From assembly GCA_003161635.1 (NCBI GenBank), contig PMOA01000155.1:23768-87767 (forward strand): DNA of 64,000 bases, in the 5' to 3' direction. Shown here one piece after another: positions 44,652 to 54,277 of the stretch. Position 1 is the first letter of the stretch, and each line of letters starts with the position of its first letter. Source of the stretch: Limisphaerales bacterium (lineage in GTDB: Bacteria > Verrucomicrobiota > Verrucomicrobiia > Limisphaerales > UBA11358). The notes under the pieces were generated by a model. It had not been told where the DNA came from, did no database searches, and saw only the letters and a list, made by a program, of their open reading frames with translations. Made by a program: the position numbers and the translations under genes.

Positions 44652-46328
44652 TCACTTTCTCGCCTGACTGCGAATCTCGACCAGTTGTTTCATGACGCCA
44701 TAAAGGTTCCCGTTCCATTCTTTCGTGCCGAAGGCATCGTGGCATTGTTTGTAGAGCGCGTAAAGCCCGCGATAAACGGCGTGCGCCTTCGGATCCGGCC
44801 TGAAAACGCGGGGCTTCAAGCCCGTCATCGCCTTTTGCGCCGAGGCGAAATCCTTGTGCGCCCCGGCCACGACCGCCCCGGCGATGGCCGCGCCCAGCGC
44901 GCACGTCTGCGCCGAACGCGAAATCTTCATCGGCCGGCCGGTCACGTCGGCGTAAATCTGCATCACCAGCGGGCTTTTCTCCGCTATCCCGCCGCAGTTT
45001 AACACCTGTTCGACCTTCACGCCGTATTCCTCGAAGCGGTTGATGATCGTCAGCGCGCCATAGGCCGTGGCTTCAATCAACGCGCGATAAATTTCCGCCG
45101 GCGTCGTGTAAAGCGTCTGGCCGACGAGCAGGCCGGTCAGCCGCTGGTCCACCAGAATCGTGCGATTGCCGTTGTTCCAGTCAAGCGCGAGCAAACCGGA
45201 TTCGCCCGGCTGCAGTTTCGCCGCGCCTTTTGTGAGTTCCTCGTGCGAGCCGGCCTTTTTGCCGCCCGGCTGGAGGTAATTGACGAACCAGTTGAAAATG
45301 TCGCCCACGGCAGACTGGCCGGCTTCAAGTCCAAAATACCCCGGCAGCACGCTGCCGTTGACGATGCCGCACAGGCCGGGAACGTCCGCCAAATTTTCCG
45401 TGTTCGGCCAGACGCTGATGTCGCATGTGCTGGTGCCGATGATTTTCACGAGCACACCCGGCGTTACGCCGCTGCCAACCGCGCCGAGGTGCGCGTCGAA
45501 CGCGCCGACCGCAACTAGAATTCCGGCCGGCAAGCCGGTTTTCCTTGACCATCCCGCCGTCAAACCGCCAACGGCAGAGTCAATGGCCCGGACGCGCGGG
45601 CAAAGACGGTCGCGCAATTCGCCGAGTTTGGGACCGAGTTGCGAAAGAAATTCCTTGTCCGGATAGCCGCCCCAATTTTTGTTGTACATCGCCTTGTGAC
45701 CGGCGGCACAAACACCCGCAGTGAGTCTGGCCGGCGCTTCGGTGCCGGTGAGCGCGGCGGGAACGTAATCCGCAAGTTCAACCCAGGAGTGCGCGGCGTT
45801 GAAAACTTTCGGACTGGTCCGCAGACAATGGAGAATTTTGCTCCAGAACCATTCGCTGGAATAGGTTCCGCCGCATTTTGCGAGATAGCGCGGTCGAATC
45901 TTCCGGGCCAGGGCTGTGATTTCCACCGCTTCGGCAACGCCGGTGTGGTCTTTCCACAACCATGCCATTGCCGCCGGATTTTTGGCGAACCGTTTGTCGA
46001 ACGCGAGCGGCTGGCCTTTGGCGTCCACCGGCAACGGCGTGCTGCCCGTGGTGTCCACGCCAATGCCGACAATCTGATCGGCACTGAAACCTTTCACGGC
46101 TTTCTTCGCCTCGGCAATGGCCTTCTTGATGGTGACCTCCGCGCCTTTGATGTAGTCGGCGGGATGCTGCCGGGCGAGGTTTGGATCGCGGCTGAGAATC
46201 ACTCCCGCCTCGCCGTGTTCGTAGCCCCAGACGGCGGTGGCCACTTCGCGTCCGTTGGCCGTGTTGACAACAAGGGCACGGACGGAATTCGTGCCGTAAT
46301 CGAGGCCGACCGTGTATTTCGCGCTCAT
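44652..46328 (-). CDS. araB: Ribulokinase (FGGY family)
   Basis: YTVGLDYGTNSVRALVV N-terminus; 558 aa, AraB-like length and blocks. Confidence 0.85.
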   Translation of the reverse strand: MSAKYTVGLDYGTNSVRALVVNTANGREVATAVWGYEHGEAGVILSRDPNLARQHPADYIKGAEVTIKKAIAEAKKAVKGFSADQIVGIGVDTTGSTPLPVDAKGQPLAFDKRFAKNPAAMAWLWKDHTGVAEAVEITALARKIRPRYLAKCGGTYSSEWFWSKILHCLRTSPKVFNAAHSWVELADYVPAALTGTEAPARLTAGVCAAGHKAMYNKNWGGYPDKEFLSQLGPKLGELRDRLCPRVRAIDSAVGGLTAGWSRKTGLPAGILVAVGAFDAHLGAVGSGVTPGVLVKIIGTSTCDISVWPNTENLADVPGLCGIVNGSVLPGYFGLEAGQSAVGDIFNWFVNYLQPGGKKAGSHEELTKGAAKLQPGESGLLALDWNNGNRTILVDQRLTGLLVGQTLYTTPAEIYRALIEATAYGALTIINRFEEYGVKVEQVLNCGGIAEKSPLVMQIYADVTGRPMKISRSAQTCALGAAIAGAVVAGAHKDFASAQKAMTGLKPRVFRPDPKAHAVYRGLYALYKQCHDAFGTKEWNGNLYGVMKQLVEIRSQARK

Positions 46329-46343
46329 GAGTGTGCCGCTAGC

Positions 46344-47759
46344 CTACTCGTGATGGTAGATTTCCCAGCCGAGATATTTGCCCAGGGCTTCTTTTACGCC
46401 GGCGGCGACACGCGTCGGGTTGATGGCCACGTGATGTTCGAAGCCATTTTCGCAAATGTAGCGGAGCAGCTTCTGCAAATTCGGAATCCTGACCACGCCA
46501 TAACCGCCGAACGTTTTCAGCGGGTCGTTGGTCAACTCGCCTTCGCCAATGTAGGCGCGGATTTTGCCCGCCGCATCATCGGTGCTCACACGCAGGTAGG
46601 TGAACGGCGACGCCTTCACGCGGCCCACGATCGTGCCGTAGGTGTTTTCCTTGCCCACGGTTCCCGCGATGATTTCCTGATAATCCATCACCGGTTTGCC
46701 TTCGCCCTGCTCGACGAACACGTCCTTGGGCAGGTTGCTGCAATGAAAGATGACGCCTTTGTCCGGGTCTTCGCCGTAATTGTTGTTCCAGTCCACCAGC
46801 GCGCTGGGCTTGCCGCTGGCCTGGGCCATGGCATACATTGCGACGGTGCCCATGATGTCCACTTCGCACGCGCTGCTCATCAGCAGGTTGCTCATCATGC
46901 TCATGAGCGTGCAGGGCACAACGCCGAAGAATTCCTCCATCGCCGTCCAACACTGAATGGCCGTCGCATTGAGTCTGGTGTCTTTCATCCATTTGTCCAC
47001 GGCCACGCCGAACTTGGCCATTTTCAACAGGGCCACCGGCGGGATGGATTTGGACGCGACATAATTTTGAATTTCCTTCAGCTTGGCCTCCACCGCAGCG
47101 TCGCCGTCCTTCAGTTTGCCGACCCAGCCGAACAATTCGTAGAGATCGAGCGTCTCAATGCTGATGCCGGACTGTTCGAGCAATTTCTCGCTGTAACGAA
47201 CGGTGTTGAAAGCCGTGGGCCGGGCGCCGAGCGCGCCGATGCGCAGATTTTTCAACGCCTTGATGGCGCGGCAGGTCACAACGAAGTCCTGCAAATCCTG
47301 CGCGAGGCTCTTGCTGTCGGGCGCGCAAGTGTGCAGCCGGGTGAGGGTGAAGGGAACGTTGTATTGGCGAAGGTTGTTGCAGACCGACATTTTGCCGCAG
47401 AACGAATCGCGCCGGTCCTTGATGGTCATGTTTTCCGGATCGTCATTGAAGGCGTGAACGAGCACCGGTACGCGCAGGCCGGACCAGCGGAGGGCGTTGG
47501 CCACGCCACGTTCGTCGCCGAAGTTCGGCAGCGTGACAAGGATGCCGTCAATCTTGCCGGCGTTTTGTTTGAACAGATCGGCGCACTTTTGCGCGTCTTC
47601 CACGGATTCGACCGCGCCAAATTTGGTTGCATTCTTCGGCAGCGTGACCACGCCAATGCCGAGCTTTTCGAGTGTGGCCAGGATTTCCTTGCGCCCGGTG
47701 TCGCAGAGGTGGGCCGGAAAGAAACCGCGATTGCCGATGATAATGCCGAGTTTGATCAT
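46344..47759 (-). CDS. L-fucose/L-arabinose isomerase superfamily (COG2407-like) sugar isomerase; L-arabinose isomerase role inferred from context
   Basis: 471 aa, MIKLGIIIGNRGFFP N-terminus. It is not colinear with classical 500-aa AraA and sits immediately upstream of araB-araD. Confidence 0.65.
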   Translation of the reverse strand: MIKLGIIIGNRGFFPAHLCDTGRKEILATLEKLGIGVVTLPKNATKFGAVESVEDAQKCADLFKQNAGKIDGILVTLPNFGDERGVANALRWSGLRVPVLVHAFNDDPENMTIKDRRDSFCGKMSVCNNLRQYNVPFTLTRLHTCAPDSKSLAQDLQDFVVTCRAIKALKNLRIGALGARPTAFNTVRYSEKLLEQSGISIETLDLYELFGWVGKLKDGDAAVEAKLKEIQNYVASKSIPPVALLKMAKFGVAVDKWMKDTRLNATAIQCWTAMEEFFGVVPCTLMSMMSNLLMSSACEVDIMGTVAMYAMAQASGKPSALVDWNNNYGEDPDKGVIFHCSNLPKDVFVEQGEGKPVMDYQEIIAGTVGKENTYGTIVGRVKASPFTYLRVSTDDAAGKIRAYIGEGELTNDPLKTFGGYGVVRIPNLQKLLRYICENGFEHHVAINPTRVAAGVKEALGKYLGWEIYHHE

Positions 47760-47845
47760 AGATGATAAAGCATGTGCGTGTTAAATGTTTTAATAAGACT
47801 ACGAACTTCCCGGGATTAAGGCAATACTTTCACCAAAACGAAGAA

Positions 47846-47872
47846 GCGCATCATCGTTTTGCGATGATGCGC
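47846..47872 (-). terminator. Rho-independent terminator after the giant PME gene
   Basis: On the minus strand: gcgcatcatcg-caaaa-cgatgatgcgc (11-bp perfect stem) followed by ttcttcgtttt. Confidence 0.7.
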
Positions 47873-47932
47873 CTGCTTCGCCAGCAAAGAATGTTTTTTA
47901 CTTTGCTTTGATCCGTTTCAACCGGCGGTTTG

Positions 47933-50900
47933 TCACGGCCAATACACCGAGCGATAAAACCGCTGCGTATAATTTGTCGCCTGTGTGTCGGTGAATTGCC
48001 ACAAGCCGTTGATGTCCGCTGTGTTTGTGCTGACCGGCGTCCAAACCACCGGCGGCATCAAATCCAGCGTCGCTTCCACCAGATAAGTGTAATCGGGAAC
48101 GCCGACAAAGCTCAGGGTCACACTGCCATTGCCGTTGACGACCGTCCCCGCAATGGAATTTGTCGGCGGTGGCCCGACGACGACGTTGATCACACTGGCG
48201 GCGGTCCCGCCCTGGCCGTCACCAACCGTGTAATTGATCTGGTCAGCCACGTCATTGGCGTTGGTGTAATAAACATAGCTGCTGTCGTAGCTCACCGTCG
48301 CCGCATTGGTGCTGCTGATGCCGCTCGTCAACGCCAGCGGGTCACCGTCCGCATCACTCCAATTCGTCGCCAGATTGCCGGCGATGATGATGTTCAACGG
48401 GTATCCCGCCGGACGCGAATAAGTGGACGGGTTGGCGACCGGCGCCGTATTGTTGTAAGTCAGCGTGGCAACAATGCTTGTCACACTGCCGGAACCGTTG
48501 CTCACGACCACGGCATAACTGCCGGCATTGGTTGCCACCGCACTGGCAATGCTGTAGTTGGTGGCCGTCGCGCCAGTGATGGGCGAGCCATCCTTGAGCC
48601 ATTGATAAGTCGGATCGGGAATGCCGGTAGCCGTCACGATGAAGTTCGCGGACTGCCCCTGACTGACGGACTGGTTGGCCGGCTGGCCGATGATGTTGGG
48701 CGCCAATGCCGGCATCCAGCCATAAAGCCAGTTCGTCACACTTTGAGCGGCCAACAAACGCGGGTCATTGTTCGTCAGCACAGTGAGGCCCAACGAAACC
48801 GGAAGCGTGCCGTCAATATTGCTGTTGGCATATTCCCACAGAACATAAGTGCTCAAAATACCCGCTGCGGGGGTCACATAGTGGTTGGTGTCAATCAAGC
48901 AGTTGATGAACGATACCAAACCGTTGGCGGTGCCGTTGGCGCCTTCCAAGGTAATGGTGGTAACCGCGGGATCCGCTTGAAGCCTGCACTTCACATACGA
49001 AAAGCCATCGGCCGTGTAAGAGCCGGCAGGGTTCAGCCAACGATACGTCGCATTACTGGTAACGTTGAAGTCTGTCCGCGCGGCGTTCATATTGAAATTG
49101 TTGGTAACATAGATATTCGGAATGGTGAAGATCAAACAGTTGGTGAAGAAGAGGTTGCCACCGCCCCAGATGTAGTCGAAATTACCCCGCACCGTGGTGT
49201 TGTAGAAATACCCCTGGGCTGAGTTGACGTTGGCCAGAATGGTGTCCTGGAGGCTGTTCACGTCACAGTTGTTCACGATGAACCGACTGGCCCCCGTGTT
49301 GATCATGATCGTTTCGGCTTGTGAGCCACCTTGCGGCGTACGGTTGACGACCGTCATATTTTCTATCGCGATGTAGCTGCCGTTCACCTTAAATGCCATG
49401 CGGCTGGCGGTGGAGCCGCCTGGGGCAATGTTCGCATTGTTGCCGTAACCGACCACGGTGCCCGTGCGGCTTTGTCCGCGAAAGGTAACATTGGTCTTGC
49501 CCGAGATGTTCACGATTTCCACGTAATTGCCGTTGCGGATGTTGATCAACGTGTAATTGATATTGTTGAGCGGGATGGAATCCACGGCCCCCTGCACGGT
49601 GACAAAGTCGCCGCTGCCATCGGCAGCCACCACCAGATTGGTCGGATTGGCCGGGCCGGCCGGCTTGGTGGTAAAGCGCCATGCATTCGTGTCGGAGATG
49701 CCGGCAAAGTACGCCCCCGCGCTGTTCTTCACGATGCCGGAATCCATCGTCACGTAGTAAGTCTGATTGGAAGTCAACACGCCCGAGTGCGGATAAATCG
49801 CCGCCGTGTTGTTCGTAATGATGACCGGGAAATAATTGAAGAGTGTGCTATCACCCTGGAACAGGCTGTGCGCCTGGACGTTGTTGGTCAGAGTAATCCC
49901 CAGACCGGCGTTGAGGGTGCTGATAATCACGGTGTTGGCACCCATGTCAATCGTATCCACCGGCGTAACGGGGTTGGTGGCGTTATAGATGCGAATCTTG
50001 CCGCTGTTGACGATTGAGATCGCCCCGTTGAAGGTGACATACAGCGGCGTGTCATAGCACACACCGGTCGCACTGTTGGCGGGAGATACAGTGGTCTGGG
50101 CCAGGGTCGTGGAATTGACCTGGAGCGTCGCATTGAAACTGAACACCGTGCCCGCCGTGTTCGTGGCCATGAGTGAGTAAACTCCATTGTCCGACCCCAG
50201 GGCACTGGCGAAAAAGAGCGTGGCATTGGTCTGGTTGGGGATGTTGACCCCGTTTTTGCGCCATTGCAGGGAAGGCGCGGGGTGGCCGTCGGCGCCCGAG
50301 ACCAAGGTCACGGCATCACCCACATTGACAGTGATATTTGTCGGTTGCGGGGTGATCGTGGGCGGCACCAGGACCGTCAGGATCGCACTATTGGTTTCCA
50401 TGCAGGCGGCGTTGCTCACGATGACAGAAACCGTGGTGGCATTCAGCGCATGCTGGATGTTGGTGAACGTCAGCGAAGAATTCGTTGCGCCGGCAACATT
50501 CACGCCATTGGTCTGCCACTGGAACGCGGGTTGAGGATTGGCCAGAATGACCGTGACGGTAAAAGTGCCACTATTGTCTTGAGTGACTATCAGGCTGTTC
50601 GGTCCGGAGAGGTCGGGGCAGTAGTTGCCAACAATCAAACCCGCAAACGAACTGGTCACGGAGTTGTAGATGTTGGTGACGACGACGGCGTAAAGGCCGG
50701 AATTAGTCAACTGGGCGTTTGCAAGCGAAAACACGGTGTTGGTCTGGTCGGCAACGGGTATCGGCATATTCGTGGCAGAACTGCCGTAAAAATACCATTG
50801 GTAGGACAGCGGCGAACTGCCAGTGGCGGCGACCGAGGAAGTCAGATTGCCACCAACGCTAACCGCATTATTTGTCGGCTGGCTGGTGATGACCACTTGG

Positions 50901-53413
50901 GGAATAACCGCCAGCTTGATCTGGCCAGCCGTGCTTTCATCAATTGATACCGATCCGTTTATAGATCCGCCGACAACAACCACCGTAGGATTAAACGAGC
51001 CGGATTTCGTTCCGGTGTAGGTAATCAACGTATTGGTTACCGGCTCCAACGCCGCGCCCAATATACTGACGGCAATCGTGCAATTGGTCTGGATGGTCAG
51101 ATTGCCCTGGACTTGCAGTAAATCACCGGCAACAGAGTTCGATTCCTCAAAGAGACTTGTTGAACCGCTTTCCAGCGTGAGGTTGGTTGCCAGAGCGAGC
51201 GTGCCGACGCTGGCACCGGGTGAAATCGTGCCACCGTTCTTGACCGTCACGGCCCCCATGATTTTGCCCGTGCCGCCCAACACGCCACCATAAACCGCCA
51301 CCCTGCCCGCGTTGAAGGTGGTCAGGTCATAAGTATTGGTGCCATTGACGAGGAGCGTGCCGTTGCTCACCACGGTGAGGCCGTTGAAATAGTTGCTGCC
51401 CGTAAGCACCAGCTTGCCGCTGCCGATCTTTGAAAGTCCGCCCAAATTGCCCATCAAACTGCCGGCGGTGGCGTTCACGATCTGAACGCCGTCGGAATTG
51501 TTGAGGTTGTTGGTCACCACGAGTGTCGTGCCGGAACTGCTAACATCAAACGTCCCGCCCAGACCGTTGAGCGTGATCGCGTGGGTGTTCGTCGTGTCTG
51601 TGCCCGTATAGCGCAGCGTGCCGGCATTCATGACCAAGGGCCCGCTGGCCAACGCGCTCAAATCACTGACTTCCACAACGCCACCATTGAAATAATTGGT
51701 GCCGGTCATGTTGTTCGCTGCCGGACTCAAGACCAGCTTGCCGCTGCCGGACTTGGTCAGTGACGAGCCGCCGTTATTGGCCAAAGTCGAACTGATGGTC
51801 AGATCCGCAGAACTGTTTTGAATCACCACCAGGTCACCGCCGCTGGCGCCGCCCGTCAACGAGCCACCCGTAATCGCCGTTGCTCCGCTGCCGGTGACCA
51901 GCAGGCCGCCGGAAGAAAGGGTCAGGGTCTTGGCGGAATTGATGGTGACGGTCGAAGCAGCAGTCAGCCGCAACGAATTGATCGTCACATCATCCGAGTT
52001 TGGCGAAGGATTGCCTACCAGGCTAACGTTATTGGCCGCCACCCATGTGGTCGGGTCGATGCCGGTTGTGTAGGCAGAGTAGGCAGCGAACGTAGTGCCC
52101 ACGAGCCAATCGGCTCCGGCCCAGGTGGCCCAGCCGCCCAAAATAGCGTTATTATTGGCGGTGGTGGTCGAGAAGGTACCGGAACCGGTCTTGCTGGCAA
52201 TGTCCAGCGTGCCGCCGACTTTGCGGGTCAACGCACCAAAGGTGGCATTTCCGCCCGAGGCGCCGGCGTTGTTGCCCGAAACGGAAGATGCCCCGGGATT
52301 GATCGTCGTGCCTGCCGTGCCGGGATTTTCCGCCGTGGGATTGATGGTGCTGTTCCCGTTGCTGAAGACCAGCGAGCCTCCGCCCAGCGTCAGCACGGCG
52401 TTGGGGAGCAAGCGGTTGGCGCTCTGGCTGCTCTTGTCAAAAATGAGCGTGCCCGCGTTCATGCTTACGATGTAACCGTCGGTGCCGGCGGTGTTCGGCC
52501 GGTTCGAAATAATCATCGTTCCCGCAGTTGCCTTGACCAAGGTCATGATGATGGCCCGATACAGGTTGGGATAGATGTAACCGCTGCGGGCATCAATGTT
52601 GGTTGGATCGAAATAGCAGTTACCGGCAGCAGTCGGTGCCATGATGATGGCGCCGTTGTTGTCCAGAACCAGTTTGGCAAAGGGCAGATATTTTCCACTG
52701 ACGTTGGCGGCAACCGTACCGCCGTTTACCACGAGTGTCGCACTGGGCAGGATTACTCCACCGGCGGCGCCACCACTGGTGAAACGAAAAGTACCCGCGG
52801 GGTTTACCTGCAAATCTCCGTTTATGTATATCCGGGCGTCGTTGCCGCCACACTGAAGAATGCCGTTGTTGATGATTGTCTGGCCGGTATAGGTGTTGTT
52901 GCCGCCCGGATTAAGAACCAGCACGCCGGCGCCTTCTTTGGTAAAACTGGTGCCGGAAACAAACGAACCAATGATGTTGGACGTGCCCGTGGCCGTGGTG
53001 ATGGTGGGATAATTGGTCAAGGTCAGCGTCCCACTTGAATTAGCCAGCGTGTAGTTGGTATTGAAGGTGATGTTTCCCACCACGATATTGGGGGAAGTGG
53101 TGGGCAAAGTCACCGTTCCGCCCGCCCCGCCTGCCCCGAAGATGGCGTTGTCACCGTTGGCATTGGTCCAGGCAATGCTGGTGGAACCATTCCACCAGTT
53201 GGCGGTATTGGTGTCCCAGTTGCCGGAGCCATCCTGCGCACCCGCAGTGACGCTATTCGTGTCCCAAGTCAAAGTGGCCGCCGGCGCCACAGGCACCAAC
53301 GCGAGTTGGACAAGCAAAGCCAGGGCGACAAGGATGAATCGCTTTGGTGTGTGCCGGCAGACCAAAGTGGAGAACCGGCCGATATTACCAAGGATAAGGG
53401 CGATTTGCTTCAT
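47933..53413 (-). CDS. Giant secreted multidomain protein: PATR (autotransporter-associated beta-strand) repeats + Ig-like domains + CE8 pectin methylesterase + Ig/cadherin-like domains + C-terminal RFYR module
   Basis: ORF 47933..53596; the likely start is MKQIALILG (53413), with a signal/TM segment. PATR-like GxGxLxL repeats are present. The Ig-like repeat SYQWYFYG / FQWQTNGVNV / LQWRKNGVNI / YQWLKDGSPI recurs. CE8 motifs are GDFVTVQGAVDS, NGNYVE, SQAETIMI, LQDTIL and GNFDYIWGGG. No autotransporter barrel was recognised. Confidence 0.8.
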   Translation of the reverse strand: MKQIALILGNIGRFSTLVCRHTPKRFILVALALLVQLALVPVAPAATLTWDTNSVTAGAQDGSGNWDTNTANWWNGSTSIAWTNANGDNAIFGAGGAGGTVTLPTTSPNIVVGNITFNTNYTLANSSGTLTLTNYPTITTATGTSNIIGSFVSGTSFTKEGAGVLVLNPGGNNTYTGQTIINNGILQCGGNDARIYINGDLQVNPAGTFRFTSGGAAGGVILPSATLVVNGGTVAANVSGKYLPFAKLVLDNNGAIIMAPTAAGNCYFDPTNIDARSGYIYPNLYRAIIMTLVKATAGTMIISNRPNTAGTDGYIVSMNAGTLIFDKSSQSANRLLPNAVLTLGGGSLVFSNGNSTINPTAENPGTAGTTINPGASSVSGNNAGASGGNATFGALTRKVGGTLDIASKTGSGTFSTTTANNNAILGGWATWAGADWLVGTTFAAYSAYTTGIDPTTWVAANNVSLVGNPSPNSDDVTINSLRLTAASTVTINSAKTLTLSSGGLLVTGSGATAITGGSLTGGASGGDLVVIQNSSADLTISSTLANNGGSSLTKSGSGKLVLSPAANNMTGTNYFNGGVVEVSDLSALASGPLVMNAGTLRYTGTDTTNTHAITLNGLGGTFDVSSSGTTLVVTNNLNNSDGVQIVNATAGSLMGNLGGLSKIGSGKLVLTGSNYFNGLTVVSNGTLLVNGTNTYDLTTFNAGRVAVYGGVLGGTGKIMGAVTVKNGGTISPGASVGTLALATNLTLESGSTSLFEESNSVAGDLLQVQGNLTIQTNCTIAVSILGAALEPVTNTLITYTGTKSGSFNPTVVVVGGSINGSVSIDESTAGQIKLAVIPQVVITSQPTNNAVSVGGNLTSSVAATGSSPLSYQWYFYGSSATNMPIPVADQTNTVFSLANAQLTNSGLYAVVVTNIYNSVTSSFAGLIVGNYCPDLSGPNSLIVTQDNSGTFTVTVILANPQPAFQWQTNGVNVAGATNSSLTFTNIQHALNATTVSVIVSNAACMETNSAILTVLVPPTITPQPTNITVNVGDAVTLVSGADGHPAPSLQWRKNGVNIPNQTNATLFFASALGSDNGVYSLMATNTAGTVFSFNATLQVNSTTLAQTTVSPANSATGVCYDTPLYVTFNGAISIVNSGKIRIYNATNPVTPVDTIDMGANTVIISTLNAGLGITLTNNVQAHSLFQGDSTLFNYFPVIITNNTAAIYPHSGVLTSNQTYYVTMDSGIVKNSAGAYFAGISDTNAWRFTTKPAGPANPTNLVVAADGSGDFVTVQGAVDSIPLNNINYTLINIRNGNYVEIVNISGKTNVTFRGQSRTGTVVGYGNNANIAPGGSTASRMAFKVNGSYIAIENMTVVNRTPQGGSQAETIMINTGASRFIVNNCDVNSLQDTILANVNSAQGYFYNTTVRGNFDYIWGGGNLFFTNCLIFTIPNIYVTNNFNMNAARTDFNVTSNATYRWLNPAGSYTADGFSYVKCRLQADPAVTTITLEGANGTANGLVSFINCLIDTNHYVTPAAGILSTYVLWEYANSNIDGTLPVSLGLTVLTNNDPRLLAAQSVTNWLYGWMPALAPNIIGQPANQSVSQGQSANFIVTATGIPDPTYQWLKDGSPITGATATNYSIASAVATNAGSYAVVVSNGSGSVTSIVATLTYNNTAPVANPSTYSRPAGYPLNIIIAGNLATNWSDADGDPLALTSGISSTNAATVSYDSSYVYYTNANDVADQINYTVGDGQGGTAASVINVVVGPPPTNSIAGTVVNGNGSVTLSFVGVPDYTYLVEATLDLMPPVVWTPVSTNTADINGLWQFTDTQATNYTQRFYRSVYWP

Positions 53414-53473
53414 ATACGTAATGTGTTTGGGAATAGTATGGGTTATTATTACGCCATAATGACCAAATTCCAT

Positions 53474-53484
53474 AATTTGCCTAG
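53474..53484 (-). promoter_or_regulatory. Shared upstream motif CTAGGCAAATT, 60 nt before the giant PME gene start
   Basis: The same 9-mer CTAGGCAAA occurs 63 nt before the PEP-CTERM gene start. Both upstream regions are AT-rich and also share aacccata and gtaataa words. Confidence 0.3.
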
Positions 53485-53607
53485 CTGCACAAATGTATGG
53501 TTTTTGGGGGGAGCGGGGAGTCTGGACGCACCCCTGACACCCGTAAAAGCGGGCTTCCAAGACTGTCAACGAGAAGCGCATCCTTGCGCCCGGCACCCAT
53601 CAAACAC

Positions 53608-53625
53608 GCGGACGAAGGTGTCCGC
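53608..53625 (-). terminator. Weak hairpin after the response-regulator gene
   Basis: On the minus strand: gcggac-accttc-gtccgc followed by gtgtttgat. Confidence 0.25.
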
Positions 53626-53635
53626 ACCCCTCGAT

Positions 53636-54277
53636 TCATTCAGCTTTGGCCGACTTGAACTTCAGCGCCGCTTCGGTGCGGGAGCGGACATGCAGTTTGT
53701 TGTAAACATGCCGAAGATGCCACCGGACGGTCCCATCGCTGACTCCCACGCGGTGGGCGATTTCCTTGTTGGGAAAGCCCTGGGCCAGCAATTCAAGGAT
53801 CTCGCGTTCACGGGGCGAGAGTTCTTCCACCTCTGCCGCCGCCTTGAGCGGCTCCTGGAACGAGGCAATAACCTTGCGCGCAATTTCCCGCGACATCGGC
53901 GCACCGCCCTGTCGGACCTCGCGAACGGCAGAAATGAGTTCTTCCGGTGTGCACCGTTTTAACAAATAGCCGCAGGCCCCAGCACGCAGCGCCCTGAAAA
54001 TCCTTTCGGTGTCCTCATACACGGTCACCATGATGATGTGGAGTGAGGGGAGCAATCGTTTGAGTTGGGCGGTGCATTCGATGCCCGAGAGTTTCGGCAA
54101 TTGAATGTCCATCAGCACGATCTCGGGCTGGTGCCGAGGGATGGCCTCCAGGGCTTCCTCCGCAGTCGCGCAGGCGCACACGCAGCAAAACTCCGGATCC
54201 GCCTGGACAAATTCCATGAGACTTTCGCGGATGGTCTTGTTGTCCTCGACAATGGCAATCCGGGTCATAATTTTCAT
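53636..54277 (-). CDS. Response regulator, NarL/FixJ (LuxR HTH) family
   Basis: REC domain (IAIVEDN..D..LMDIQLP) plus a LuxR HTH (LSPREREILELLAQGFPNKEIA). It overlaps the kinase gene by 4 nt. Confidence 0.9.
   Translation of the reverse strand: MKIMTRIAIVEDNKTIRESLMEFVQADPEFCCVCACATAEEALEAIPRHQPEIVLMDIQLPKLSGIECTAQLKRLLPSLHIIMVTVYEDTERIFRALRAGACGYLLKRCTPEELISAVREVRQGGAPMSREIARKVIASFQEPLKAAAEVEELSPREREILELLAQGFPNKEIAHRVGVSDGTVRWHLRHVYNKLHVRSRTEAALKFKSAKAE

Noticed and set aside
53541-53569. Sigma70-like promoter TTGACA-N17-TTACGG upstream of the giant gene
   Set aside because: The -10 candidate lacks the invariant final T. Promoter consensus for this phylum is uncertain, so it is not reported as a feature.
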